The notes under the pieces were generated by a model, which saw only the letters and a list, made by a program, of their open reading frames with translations, did not search any database and was not told the DNA's origin. This document shows positions 47,789 through 57,059 of a stretch of 64,000 bases of DNA, piece by piece. The translations under genes and the position numbers were made by a program. Origin of the DNA: a virus; IMG/VR virus record IMGVR_UViG_3300017605_000706, positions 1 to 64,000 of that record; one strand, written 5' to 3'. The stretch's first letter is position 1; each line of letters opens with the position of its first letter.

Positions 47789-48505
47789 CTAGTCCTGCGT
47801 CATCAGGTTGTAGTGCGCTAGCAGCTGCGCAGCCGTCAACTCGTAGTTGTACAGCGCGACTTTGCCAACGCCGCCCTCGAAGAAGCTAGCGAAGTTTCGC
47901 GTTCCGATGCGAAACGGAGCGTCGTTGGCGACGGGTACGATCGCCAGATCACTTAGGGAGTCTTGGTCCCTGAAGACGCCGTTCTTGAAGATCTTCGTGT
48001 ATCCCGTTGGATACGCGCCACTGACGCTGACTGTGTTGACGACGAACGCGGCATGAATCCACTGGCCTGCCGTGACGGGATCTTGAAAGAACGACCCAAT
48101 GCCAAACCCGCCAGCGGGGTTGTAGCATTCACCTAGAATACGGTTTTCGCGGCCTTCTGTGTTGTTCAGGCCGTACATGCGCATGACGTATTCGTGCTTG
48201 CCCGGCGTCCCCTTGCCGAGCCAGTTTACGTACCCTGTACCGTCTTCGTCCAAAAAGGTCAGTACGTCTGGGCGCATCCACGCTTCAATCGTGAGCACGC
48301 CCGTTGTTGGGATAGACATCGTCGCGGTAGATGGGTACTCGACGTAGCAAGTTTGGCCACCGGACGGAAACAGCCATGCGAGGTCCCCGTTAGGGACCGC
48401 TGTATACCCGACAGCCGGCGACGTCCAGCCACCTGTCTCGGGGATCATGTAGTGCACGGGCCCGTCATTCAGGATGGCTAGGTCGTACAAGCTGCTAGGC
48501 GGCAT
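47789..48505 (-). CDS. LamG/concanavalin A-like domain protein (copy 2)
   Basis: LTIEAW, W.H, FKNG, FRIG, F.G..KVALYNYEL. Confidence 0.8.
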   Translation of the reverse strand: MPPSSLYDLAILNDGPVHYMIPETGGWTSPAVGYTAVPNGDLAWLFPSGGQTCYVEYPSTATMSIPTTGVLTIEAWMRPDVLTFLDEDGTGYVNWLGKGTPGKHEYVMRMYGLNNTEGRENRILGECYNPAGGFGIGSFFQDPVTAGQWIHAAFVVNTVSVSGAYPTGYTKIFKNGVFRDQDSLSDLAIVPVANDAPFRIGTRNFASFFEGGVGKVALYNYELTAAQLLAHYNLMTQD

Positions 48506-48506
48506 A

Positions 48507-49226
48507 TTAGCAGCCGCCTTGCGTCATCGTTGTGTAATGCGACGCCAGCTGCGACGTGGTCAATTCGTAGTTGTAGAGAGCGACTTTGCCGATCGCACCC
48601 TCGAAGAAGGACGCGAAGTCACGCGTGCCGATTCTGAATGGCGCGTTGTTGGCTGTAGGCACGATGTTGAGCGCACTCAGCGAATCCGTGTCGCGCAGGA
48701 CGCCGTTCTTGAAGATCCGCGTGTACCCCGTCGGGTACGCGACGCTCGTGTCGACCGTGTTGATCGTCAATGCGTAGTGAATCCATTCGAAAGGTGTCAC
48801 GGCGTCTTGGAAATACGACCCGACGCCCAAGCCGCCGGCTGCATTGAAACAGTAGCCGGAGATCCGATTGTCTCGGCCCTCACTGTTGCCCTGTCCGTAC
48901 ATGCGACAGGTATACTCTTGCTTGCCGGAGACACCTTTGCCCATCCAGTGGACGTACCCGGTGCCCTCTTCGTGTGTGAAGACGTTGACGTCGGGGCGCA
49001 TCCACGCCTCGATCGTCAAGATGCCCGTCGATGGTACCGACATCGTCGGCATGGACGCGTACTCGACGTAGTACTTGTGGCCAACTGGGAACCACCACGC
49101 CGTGTCGCAGTTGGGCATCTCAGCGAAGCCGACGGCAGGAGACATGCCGCCGCTGATTTCAGGCGTCATGTAGTGGACAGGATTGTCGCCTAGAATTGCG
49201 ATGTCGTAGAGACTGCTTGGCGGCAT
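48507..49226 (-). CDS. LamG/concanavalin A-like domain protein (copy 1)
   Basis: full-length paralog of 47789..48505. Confidence 0.8.
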   Translation of the reverse strand: MPPSSLYDIAILGDNPVHYMTPEISGGMSPAVGFAEMPNCDTAWWFPVGHKYYVEYASMPTMSVPSTGILTIEAWMRPDVNVFTHEEGTGYVHWMGKGVSGKQEYTCRMYGQGNSEGRDNRISGYCFNAAGGLGVGSYFQDAVTPFEWIHYALTINTVDTSVAYPTGYTRIFKNGVLRDTDSLSALNIVPTANNAPFRIGTRDFASFFEGAIGKVALYNYELTTSQLASHYTTMTQGGC

Positions 49227-49231
49227 GGCTT

Positions 49232-49459
49232 TTAGCACTTCTTTCTGAGCTGAACGCCCGGCTCGTACCAATCGCTGCAGAACGAGTCTGGCTCACACGG
49301 AATGAGTGGCGTACCCGCCCACTGCTGATAGTAGGCGTTTGTGCACGATCCGTAGCGACCGCCGACAGGCGCATAGAATCTACAGTTGGCGCAGCAAGAG
49401 CCGCCCTTGGGGACTTGTAGTCCAGGCTGGTGATTGCGAGGGAGCGCGAACTTACCCAT
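49232..49459 (-). CDS. small Cys-rich protein
   Basis: CCANCRFY..C..C...CSDW. Confidence 0.55.
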   Translation of the reverse strand: MGKFALPRNHQPGLQVPKGGSCCANCRFYAPVGGRYGSCTNAYYQQWAGTPLIPCEPDSFCSDWYEPGVQLRKKC

Positions 49460-49488
49460 TAGCCTGTAGCCATGCTATCATACTAGCT

Positions 49489-49752
49489 ATGAGACGGCTA
49501 TCCTTTCGAGGCTGTAAGCCGAACCGCCTTCCAGGCGGGAAGGCCGCTAGCCGGCGCCCTAGCGACTTCGATCCCGTTCAGCTTCACGCAGGCGCGCTCG
49601 TCGAGTTCGAGCACACGAAGGATCCGTGTGTCGCGCGTGAGATCGCGATGGATCATCTAACCGAGCGCTGGGACTACTACATCCGGCTGCGCAAGATGGA
49701 GCGCCTGCCTATCTTGAAGCGCCGCCACAAGGCGATCAAGCGCAAGCGCTAA
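49489..49752 (+). CDS. DUF5661-like protein
   Basis: G..VEFEHT...AREIAMDHL.E..DYY..L..ME. Confidence 0.7.
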   Translation: MRRLSFRGCKPNRLPGGKAASRRPSDFDPVQLHAGALVEFEHTKDPCVAREIAMDHLTERWDYYIRLRKMERLPILKRRHKAIKRKR

Positions 49753-49753
49753 G

Positions 49754-50050
49754 TCAGACTGCCCAACGGCACTTGTACTTGCGGCCCATCGCCATCGCTT
49801 TCATAGCGACGCGTCCGTGATGGAATTGTCGCGCCCTTGCCAAAGCCGTACGAATTCCTTCACAGTCGGGCCTACAGCCGTCGTTCTTGGCGACAACCGG
49901 AAACGCTAGCGTGCTGTTTAGGCGGCCAGGCTCGAGAAACGCCTTGGAGCCGCAGCGTGACAAGACGCGCCTGCGCTCCTGGCGGGTCTTAGGGGCCAGC
50001 CTTGCCCAGCCGCTGGTCGTCTTGGATCGTTGATGCTTGGCCCTAGCCAT
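49754..50050 (-). CDS. basic Cys-containing protein
   Basis: GW..LAP...R.....CG.KAFL.P....FPV....C..DC.G...A..RARQ. Confidence 0.6.
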   Translation of the reverse strand: MARAKHQRSKTTSGWARLAPKTRQERRRVLSRCGSKAFLEPGRLNSTLAFPVVAKNDGCRPDCEGIRTALARARQFHHGRVAMKAMAMGRKYKCRWAV

Positions 50051-50071
50051 ACGTGATACAATAACATAGCC

Positions 50072-50731
50072 GTGCGCATCAAAGGTAGACGGATCCTGAT
50101 CATAGGCGACTCGCTGTCCTACCCGGGTCAAATCGTAACTGACCTTACGTCGCCGAGCACAAAGAACGCGAGCGCACCCGGCGCTGTCTTGGCTAGCATG
50201 CTGCTTGATCTCGGCGCCAGCGCCGTTCGCATCAACGCTAAGGTCGGCCGCTCCGCCTACAACTTCTTCAAGAGTGAGCAGGGTGATGCGCTCCTGGCGC
50301 AGGACGCCGCAGGCCATCCCGATGTCGTACTCGTCTTCCTCGGGACCAACGACAAGAGTCTCAATACGACCGAGGACAAGAAGGCTTTCACGCGTATCGT
50401 CGACGCGTTCCCCAAAGCCGACGTCTGGGGTATCGGGCCACCGCAGGCAGCCGGCTACGATCCCGTCTTCGCCACGATGCAGTCCGTCTTCGGACGCAAG
50501 CTCATCGACAGCCGGCCGTTTCTAGACGGCGCGTCGAAGGCCTCCGACGGCATTCACTTCCAACAGGCGGGCGCGCAGCTCCTGGCTGAGCGGTTGGCGA
50601 TCGCGCTTGCAGCTACGCCATCACCGTGGCTATCGTACGCTGTCCTGGGAGCCCTGGGGGCGACCGGGATAGGCTTGGCCTATGTTACACTAACACGGCT
50701 AAAGGCCAGGAAGCAACTGAAATCACAATGA
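50072..50731 (+). CDS. SGNH/GDSL hydrolase, tail-anchored
   Basis: GDSL, GTND, DGIH; C-terminal TM. Confidence 0.8.
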   Translation: MRIKGRRILIIGDSLSYPGQIVTDLTSPSTKNASAPGAVLASMLLDLGASAVRINAKVGRSAYNFFKSEQGDALLAQDAAGHPDVVLVFLGTNDKSLNTTEDKKAFTRIVDAFPKADVWGIGPPQAAGYDPVFATMQSVFGRKLIDSRPFLDGASKASDGIHFQQAGAQLLAERLAIALAATPSPWLSYAVLGALGATGIGLAYVTLTRLKARKQLKSQ

Positions 50732-51279
50732 GACCGCCAGTTCTTCCCTTGAAGGCGACCACTCACGGCGGGTTTGCCGTAATTCGTAACGGTCCGTCAG
50801 ACGGCGCGTGCGGTACGCATCCGTACCCGTGTGTTCACCCGGGCTACGACGCTGCGGCGCCAGAAGGCACGTCGGTCTACGCGCCGATTAGCAGTATCAT
50901 TGTCGGTATCGGCGACGGAAACTCAGCGCCGTACACTGGGTATGGGCCCTACGTCGCTGAGCTACTAGGCCGAGACGGCTACTACCAATTGATTGCCCAC
51001 ATGAATCCAGGCGATTTGAGTCTGGGTCAAGTAGTCGATGAGGGCGAACAAATCGGAACCGTTAGCTCAGCGAACCACGTTCACTGGGAAGTACGCCGCA
51101 AATTGACGCCTGGGATCGGCAAGACGAACATGGATAACAACCTGGATCCGATCGCCTGGCTGACAGGCGCATACGGCTCGGGTTGGCAGTGGTGGAAATG
51201 GGGCATTGTAGCTGCGCTTGCCGGGCTCGGCTGGTACAGCTACAAGAAGTACGGCGCGGACTATTTCTTGACTAGTTGA
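50728..51279 (+). CDS. M23 peptidase, tail-anchored
   Basis: HPGYD, AHM, HVHWE; C-terminal TM. Confidence 0.8.
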   Translation: MRPPVLPLKATTHGGFAVIRNGPSDGACGTHPYPCVHPGYDAAAPEGTSVYAPISSIIVGIGDGNSAPYTGYGPYVAELLGRDGYYQLIAHMNPGDLSLGQVVDEGEQIGTVSSANHVHWEVRRKLTPGIGKTNMDNNLDPIAWLTGAYGSGWQWWKWGIVAALAGLGWYSYKKYGADYFLTS

Positions 51280-51369
51280 GCAGGTGCTCGGGCACGTACG
51301 GTATCTTTCGACGGTACTCGTACGCGCCAACTAGGAATCCGACCGCAGCTGCGAGAATGAGCCTCTTGA

Positions 51370-52098
51370 TCATCGTGGAATCTCCCTTACGCGTGACGCC
51401 CAACTGTCTGTGACCGCGTCAATCGCAGCGCGGCCTTCTGGAAGCTCCGTATAGTACGGATCACTAAGATAGTGCGGGATCTCGGGCGTGGCGTGGTTGC
51501 CGCCGTGGATCAAGTACACGTATCCGGTGTTGACAATTTTGTAGGGCGCGCCTCCGGCGAGGGCGGGTACGATCATGGCTGTATCTGCGCCTGTCTGCGA
51601 CGGGACCCCAGTATGGGTAGGGTATGGATTCTTCAGCGCGAAATCTCGTCGCATGACAAGCGACGCACCGATCATCCACGGCGTTTCTCCCCCGTAGACG
51701 TACTTCCACGCCTTGTCGGTTCGGATCTCGTAGATGTGCATCTCGGTGGATCCGATCATCTGAAGATACGGGTTGTCGCGGATTGCTCGATCAACCACGC
51801 TGAGCCGATCGGGCGCTAGCCAGTCGTCATCGTCCCAGACCGCGATCCATTCCCCTAGACATGCTTCTGTTGCTGCGTTACGTCGGGCGCCGTCGGTTTC
51901 GATCGGCGGGATACCTACGACGCGAATGTTAAACGCTTGAGGTACGACTTTGAGAACGGCGTCTATATGGCTGATTGGACATACGATCACAAGCTCGCGT
52001 CCACAGGCGGCGTACGTTTGCTCCTGAAACCTCTTAACGGCTTCGGGCAGGATCCAAGTTCTAGACTTCGTGGTAAGAGTCACGCATGAGAAGCGCAT
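51370..52098 (-). CDS. GT2 glycosyltransferase
   Basis: QTY..ELVIV, RN....GEWIAVWDDDDW. Confidence 0.8.
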   Translation of the reverse strand: MRFSCVTLTTKSRTWILPEAVKRFQEQTYAACGRELVIVCPISHIDAVLKVVPQAFNIRVVGIPPIETDGARRNAATEACLGEWIAVWDDDDWLAPDRLSVVDRAIRDNPYLQMIGSTEMHIYEIRTDKAWKYVYGGETPWMIGASLVMRRDFALKNPYPTHTGVPSQTGADTAMIVPALAGGAPYKIVNTGYVYLIHGGNHATPEIPHYLSDPYYTELPEGRAAIDAVTDSWASRVREIPR

Positions 52099-52133
52099 GT
52101 TCTGTTCAGACCTGTGTGATAGACCGTACTTCA

Positions 52134-52718
52134 ATGAACGTCTGGTTTGCAACTGCCTCTCGAGATAGAGAGGCGACTTCTGAATGCCTGGCAACGTGGC
52201 GTGAGCATGGGTACAAAACGGCAGCGCTGTTCGAGTACGGCATGGAGACTGTGACGGAGGCTGACCTGATCTTCTTCACAGGATCGTGGGACAGTAACTA
52301 TGCGGTACTGAATCTCATGGCGCGTCTTTTGGCCGAGAATCACGAGGCGGACGTCGTCATCGCAGGCCAGCCGACATCGCGCCCGGATCCGACAGTGGAC
52401 CCTGTCGTAGTAGCTGCTAACGCCTTCAACCGCTTTTCTGACGGGTGCTTTGTAGTCCGGGCCGCCTCGCCCGGGCCATTGTGGCTCGGCCGCGGCTGGA
52501 TAGAACAAGCGTACAAGGGTACAGGGCCGTTCTGGATCGGCTACAAGAACGCTTGGGCTGAGACTGAGACTACAATGATCGCCGCGAGGCTCGATCGTAT
52601 GATCGACCGGCCTGATATCCAACAAACGCACCTGTTCGCGACAAGCGAAGAAGACAGCGCGTTGTTTCACGAACGCTTAGCGCAATCTTTCCCGGAGTCG
52701 AGCCTATGGGAACCGTGA
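52134..52718 (+). CDS. hypothetical protein, possibly a degenerate glycosyltransferase
   Basis: divergent from the GT2 gene; weak GT-A-like pattern. Confidence 0.4.
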   Translation: MNVWFATASRDREATSECLATWREHGYKTAALFEYGMETVTEADLIFFTGSWDSNYAVLNLMARLLAENHEADVVIAGQPTSRPDPTVDPVVVAANAFNRFSDGCFVVRAASPGPLWLGRGWIEQAYKGTGPFWIGYKNAWAETETTMIAARLDRMIDRPDIQQTHLFATSEEDSALFHERLAQSFPESSLWEP

Positions 52719-52878
52719 AACAGCCAACAGAGCGTGACGTCGAAGATCTGAACCAGGCGCGCAACGCTCTGGACAGAGCGCTTTCCATGTTCGAGGCAAA
52801 CTCCAAGAGCCTCACTCTTGTCGATGTTGAGCTTGCGCTCAAGCTCCTCGAGAACCTCAGAAAAAGGCTAAGCTTCAA

Positions 52879-53331
52879 GTGACTGATCTTGAACTGTACA
52901 CGCGCGCTATGACGACGCGTCCCTGGATTTTCGTTAGTGGTCCCATGGCCAAGGAGCCGTATATTGGCCCTCGTCGGGCTATGGAGTTCGCTGCGAAACT
53001 GTGGCGAGCCGGCTGGCACCCGTTCGTTCCGCATCTGAACGCCTTGTGGGAGCTGTCGCAGGGTGAGCTAGAGCCAGGAAGCATCGATGGCGTCGGAGGT
53101 TGGCTGGACTACGACTTCTCGGCCATGTCGCGCTGCGAAGCCCAAACTCGCTTACCGGGCGCGTCGTCGGGTAGCGATCGAGAGACAGCTCTAGCAAAGA
53201 CGACCTACAAGCGGATCCTTACGCCTGAGGAAGCCTTGCGCGGCCCTCAAGAGTTCTTACACTGGCACGTACCTACATCTCGCTGGGGCCGCGTGGTCTC
53301 GGCTGCTGATGCCGACGAGCAGGGACCATGA
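52879..53331 (+). CDS. DUF4406-like (nucleoside deoxyribosyltransferase-like fold)
   Basis: IFVSGPM, PFVPHL, WL.YD, RCEA..RLPG.S.G...E. Confidence 0.6.
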   Translation: MTDLELYTRAMTTRPWIFVSGPMAKEPYIGPRRAMEFAAKLWRAGWHPFVPHLNALWELSQGELEPGSIDGVGGWLDYDFSAMSRCEAQTRLPGASSGSDRETALAKTTYKRILTPEEALRGPQEFLHWHVPTSRWGRVVSAADADEQGP

Positions 53332-53506
53332 GCCTATTCAAGCCCGATTGGGAACGCACACTCAAGATTCTGTACGCTGTGGGTGAGACGCTCGCTACGG
53401 GGAGCGTTCCCACGAAGGGCCTTTCTGATGCCGACCAACGTACAGTCAAGCTGACCGCAGCTGCGTTCGAGCACGCGATTCGTGGTGTGGTTAGCGTCGT
53501 GAAGCG

Positions 53507-54004
53507 TTACCGCGAGTAGCTAGGCTCGAGGATCGTTCCTGTGGGGAACGTCAGCGTCGCAGTAGCCCCCGCTGTGACGTATTGGTCAAACGGCGCCCAG
53601 TCCAGCGCGTTGTAACCCATGATTACGTGGGATGCGATTTTGACCTCGTGTTCGAACGTGAACGCGCGCGTTGCTGCGTCTCGAGCGACGTGGTGATGAA
53701 TTCTGTGAATCTCCCACGGCAGTCCATCGATAGCTACGCAGCTCTCGAGGAGCCGTTCGCCCCGGAAGGTTCTGTGTTCGAATTCGAACCAGTAGGCGTT
53801 GATGCGCTGCCGTACGTGTTCGGCGATCTTCTCGGGATCAGGCTTGCCCTTGGTCGATAGAATCTGGCGTCGGTGCAGGCTGAGGGGATCGCTCTTTCCG
53901 TGAAGTTCCCGCGTGAATAGCTCGACGACGCCGCGCGCTTCGAGCCTCACCTCGAAGCCTCGATACCATACGATCTGGCGCCCGACGGTGATTATGTCAG
54001 CCAT
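53507..54004 (-). CDS. PWEIH-module family protein with C-terminal extension
   Basis: WYRG; AIDGLPWEIHRI; LDWAPF..FPTG. Confidence 0.75.
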   Translation of the reverse strand: MADIITVGRQIVWYRGFEVRLEARGVVELFTRELHGKSDPLSLHRRQILSTKGKPDPEKIAEHVRQRINAYWFEFEHRTFRGERLLESCVAIDGLPWEIHRIHHHVARDAATRAFTFEHEVKIASHVIMGYNALDWAPFDQYVTAGATATLTFPTGTILEPSYSR

Positions 54005-54498
54005 GCTTTGATCTCATACTTCAAGTGCTCGCCTGTCGGAAATCGTAAGATAGCCTGCTTGGGGAACTGGACATAGCCTAGCGTCGTCCTTGGCAGCTTC
54101 TTCTTCGCTGAACCAGAACACTCGGTGACTGATCTGAATGGCGGCCAATCGAGTACGCCGCTGTCTAGATCTACGGTGATCTCGACGCTCTTTAGATAGC
54201 TGCAAAGAGCAGACGCGTAAGCTATCTCGTCTTCGATCGCGTGGATCTCCCAAGGCACGTAGTCGATCGCGTGATAGTACTCAAGGTCTCTGAACCTGAC
54301 TACTCGGTTTGACTCGAAAAAATACCTTCCGGGCGGCTTCTTCCGTGGCCGAACCAAGACGCGTGCGTCCCGCGTTTCTACACCGCGTATCCAGCTGAGG
54401 CCTACAGGATCTTGCGAAGCGCTTCGCTGCCAGCGGTACATGCCAGGGCCGCCAACGCTAAGATATCTGCCCCCAGTCCGTGAAAGATGCACCGTCAT
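53992..54498 (-). CDS. PWEIH-module family protein with C-terminal extension
   Basis: WIRG; AIDYVPWEIHAIEDEIAY; LDWPPF..FPTG. Confidence 0.75.
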   Translation of the reverse strand: MTVHLSRTGGRYLSVGGPGMYRWQRSASQDPVGLSWIRGVETRDARVLVRPRKKPPGRYFFESNRVVRFRDLEYYHAIDYVPWEIHAIEDEIAYASALCSYLKSVEITVDLDSGVLDWPPFRSVTECSGSAKKKLPRTTLGYVQFPKQAILRFPTGEHLKYEIKAWLT

Positions 54499-54962
54499 AG
54501 CTTGGCTTTGGGACGCGTGATCTCACCTGTAGGGAATACTAGCTTCACTGAAGCGCCGTTGAACGGAGGCCAATGTAGCGTCTCGTGGAGAGTCACCTCG
54601 GCGCTCTGTAGATAGGCCTTTGTCGCAGCAAGGCGCGCCGTGGTGTTCGTGATCCGATGGATCTCCCACGGAATGTAGTCTACGGCTGTCATCGCGCTCA
54701 TCGCGCCGTCTCGTAGAAGATGCGTTGTCTTGCCTCGGATCTGAAGCTCGATATCGCCTTTGAGGCGGGCCTTGTGCAAGGCGATGAAACACAAGTTGCC
54801 GTGCGATCGGACGTGGAACCGCAGCTCGCGTTGGTCTGCCAGGCTGTAATGGAGAACGCGAATCTCAAATCCGCGATGCCATGCTAGGTCTCGCTTCTCG
54901 TTCCAGTAGATGTCAGACGACGTCGACGGGGTCGTTGTCGGCATGGAGTACAACGTCTTCAT
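54495..54962 (-). CDS. PWEIH-module family protein with C-terminal extension
   Basis: WHRG; AVDYIPWEIHRI; LHWPPF..FPTG. Confidence 0.75.
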   Translation of the reverse strand: MKTLYSMPTTTPSTSSDIYWNEKRDLAWHRGFEIRVLHYSLADQRELRFHVRSHGNLCFIALHKARLKGDIELQIRGKTTHLLRDGAMSAMTAVDYIPWEIHRITNTTARLAATKAYLQSAEVTLHETLHWPPFNGASVKLVFPTGEITRPKAKL

Positions 54963-55680
54963 TGAACCACGAAACCGCGACATCGATCGGCGTCAGCTCA
55001 AGGGACGCCCGAATCGTCGATGGGTCGTGCGCGTCCTTGATGCCTTTCTTGATGTCCTTGACAGCCGCTTTCACGCAGTCGACGGCGTTGCGTAGGATGG
55101 TTCCCGGGACGCCGAGCGCTAGCTTGTCGAGGTTGCGTGACCGGATCTGGATCGTCTTGACCAGATTCAGATCGAGGGCGAGAAGCGCATCCTTGTAGTC
55201 AGCCAGGTGACTCGTGATCGTGTCAGCGATAGCCTTCGCAGCTGCAGGACCGTCCTGGCCGTCTCCGCTCGAGAGGAGCGCAGTCATCATGGCAATACGA
55301 ATCCTGTGACGAGAGCCGACTGTACGCGCCTCTTCGTTCAGAGCATCGGCCTCTTCCTTGAGAGGGCCGATCTCGGCACGGAGCTTAGCCAGCTGCTCAT
55401 CAGTCGCGACGAAGCCGAAGCTGACGAGAGTGGCGTGGCTGCGGAACATGTAGTCGATCTTGTTGCGCAGCTTAGCCATCTTCGCAACCACAGGCTCGTG
55501 GTCAACCTTCTTGACGACGATCGACTCAGTCCGCGTTCCAGCCGTGCCTTCAGCGGTTGTGCTAATTGGCTGCCGCTCGTACTGAACGCCGCCACCGGAC
55601 TGCGTCGCGTTCAAAAGGATCCACTTTACAGCGAGGGTGACGGTCTTGTTATCTGCGCTCGTGATACTAATCGTGCTCAT
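54913..55680 (-). CDS. helical protein downstream of the AAA/VWA pair
   Basis: coiled-coil-rich 255 aa ORF. Confidence 0.6.
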   Translation of the reverse strand: MSTISITSADNKTVTLAVKWILLNATQSGGGVQYERQPISTTAEGTAGTRTESIVVKKVDHEPVVAKMAKLRNKIDYMFRSHATLVSFGFVATDEQLAKLRAEIGPLKEEADALNEEARTVGSRHRIRIAMMTALLSSGDGQDGPAAAKAIADTITSHLADYKDALLALDLNLVKTIQIRSRNLDKLALGVPGTILRNAVDCVKAAVKDIKKGIKDAHDPSTIRASLELTPIDVAVSWFNEDVVLHADNDPVDVV

Positions 55681-55731
55681 GGTTCGCTTCTTTGACAGGT
55701 TTCAGGGTAATAAATTCACAAGTTCATGGGA

Positions 55732-57027
55732 TCAGATCTCAGGATCCACGAGAACCTTCTTGAAATTCTCTGGCGCGCTGTCCAGGCTGCCGTAGCCAAC
55801 GAGCGCAGCAACCGCCATCGCGACGTTTTTGGGCCGCGCGGGCCACTGCCCAAAGCAACCGCCATCGGTTAGGTGCACCAGCGCATCAAACTTGTCGCGT
55901 AGCTCGCTCACGGCTTGGTAGGCCGGATCGAAGATCGTTCCTCCGCGACCCTTCATGCACTTCCAAACGGCGGGCAGCGACGACGATGGCTGCAGCCAGC
56001 CCTTCCACTGCACCTCCGCGTCGTGGACTACCAAGTACAGTCGAATAGCGGGATTGGACGACGCGGCGACGACTTCGCTGACACAGCGGGCAACGGCTTT
56101 GTCGGACATGGAGCCAGACGTATCGACGATGATGCAGATATTCTTGCGCGCTGAGATGTAGCCTGGCATCAGAAAGCTAGAGCCGTAGTACCGCCGGTTA
56201 CGGCGCTGCCACGACTGGTCATCGCGCCCTGGCCACGCGAGTACCTGGCTAATCGTGTGCCGGACGAGGCGCGCCCAAGAGATTCTCGCCTTGGGCGGTT
56301 CGATGATGCGCGCCAGCGCCTGACCTGCCTGTGTCCCTGCGCCGAGGGACCTCGCCATCTCGCCCATGGCTCGCCAGATAAGCTCGGGGTTCCGCTTGGC
56401 GGTATCCGGATCGAGATCCTCGCCTTCACCTTCGTTGTTGGGCAGATCCGTGTCCACGCCGCAGCCCTGGCCCGCCTGCGGGCGCTTGTTGCCAACGGAT
56501 TTGCCCTTACCAGAGCCGGACCCTCCTGCGCTTACCACTGCAACGGGCGTCTCCGGCTCGACGTCGTATAGGCGCTCTGCCTCCCACAACTTCTGCTCGT
56601 CCGTGAGAGGAAATAGCGGCTTGACTTTCTCGGGAATCGCCAGAACGTCAGCGTGCCGATCCTGCGAGATCTCCAGTAGAACTTGATTGATGGCGCGGTC
56701 TGCGGCTCTGTTCCAACGCGTAGATTCACGGTGCTGCTGGCGCTCCAGCGTTGACGTGATCAGGTGCAGCGACTCATGCGCCATCACGAACGCCAGCTCA
56801 GGCATCGTGAGCATCTGGACAAACTTCGGGTTGACGAAACAGACGCCGTACCGATTGATCGCGGCGGTTTCGACTTTCTCCGTGATTCGAATGCGGAGCG
56901 CGCTTGCGATGATGGCGAACATGGGAAGCTGGTAGCCTAGAACCACCAGCGCTTGACGGACCTGCGCGATCTCAAGAGACTTCGCGTTGGGCCACAGCTT
57001 ACGCAGCTTTTCTTCGTTCAGCGCCAT
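55732..57027 (-). CDS. DUF2201-type metallopeptidase-like plus VWA domain protein
   Basis: HESLH, WN.AAD..IN, MIDAS DTSGSMS, GRGGT.F, LTDG. Confidence 0.85.
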   Translation of the reverse strand: MALNEEKLRKLWPNAKSLEIAQVRQALVVLGYQLPMFAIIASALRIRITEKVETAAINRYGVCFVNPKFVQMLTMPELAFVMAHESLHLITSTLERQQHRESTRWNRAADRAINQVLLEISQDRHADVLAIPEKVKPLFPLTDEQKLWEAERLYDVEPETPVAVVSAGGSGSGKGKSVGNKRPQAGQGCGVDTDLPNNEGEGEDLDPDTAKRNPELIWRAMGEMARSLGAGTQAGQALARIIEPPKARISWARLVRHTISQVLAWPGRDDQSWQRRNRRYYGSSFLMPGYISARKNICIIVDTSGSMSDKAVARCVSEVVAASSNPAIRLYLVVHDAEVQWKGWLQPSSSLPAVWKCMKGRGGTIFDPAYQAVSELRDKFDALVHLTDGGCFGQWPARPKNVAMAVAALVGYGSLDSAPENFKKVLVDPEI

Positions 57028-57059
57028 GTTCGTTTAGACTTTCTGTGAGGGCAGTCAGA

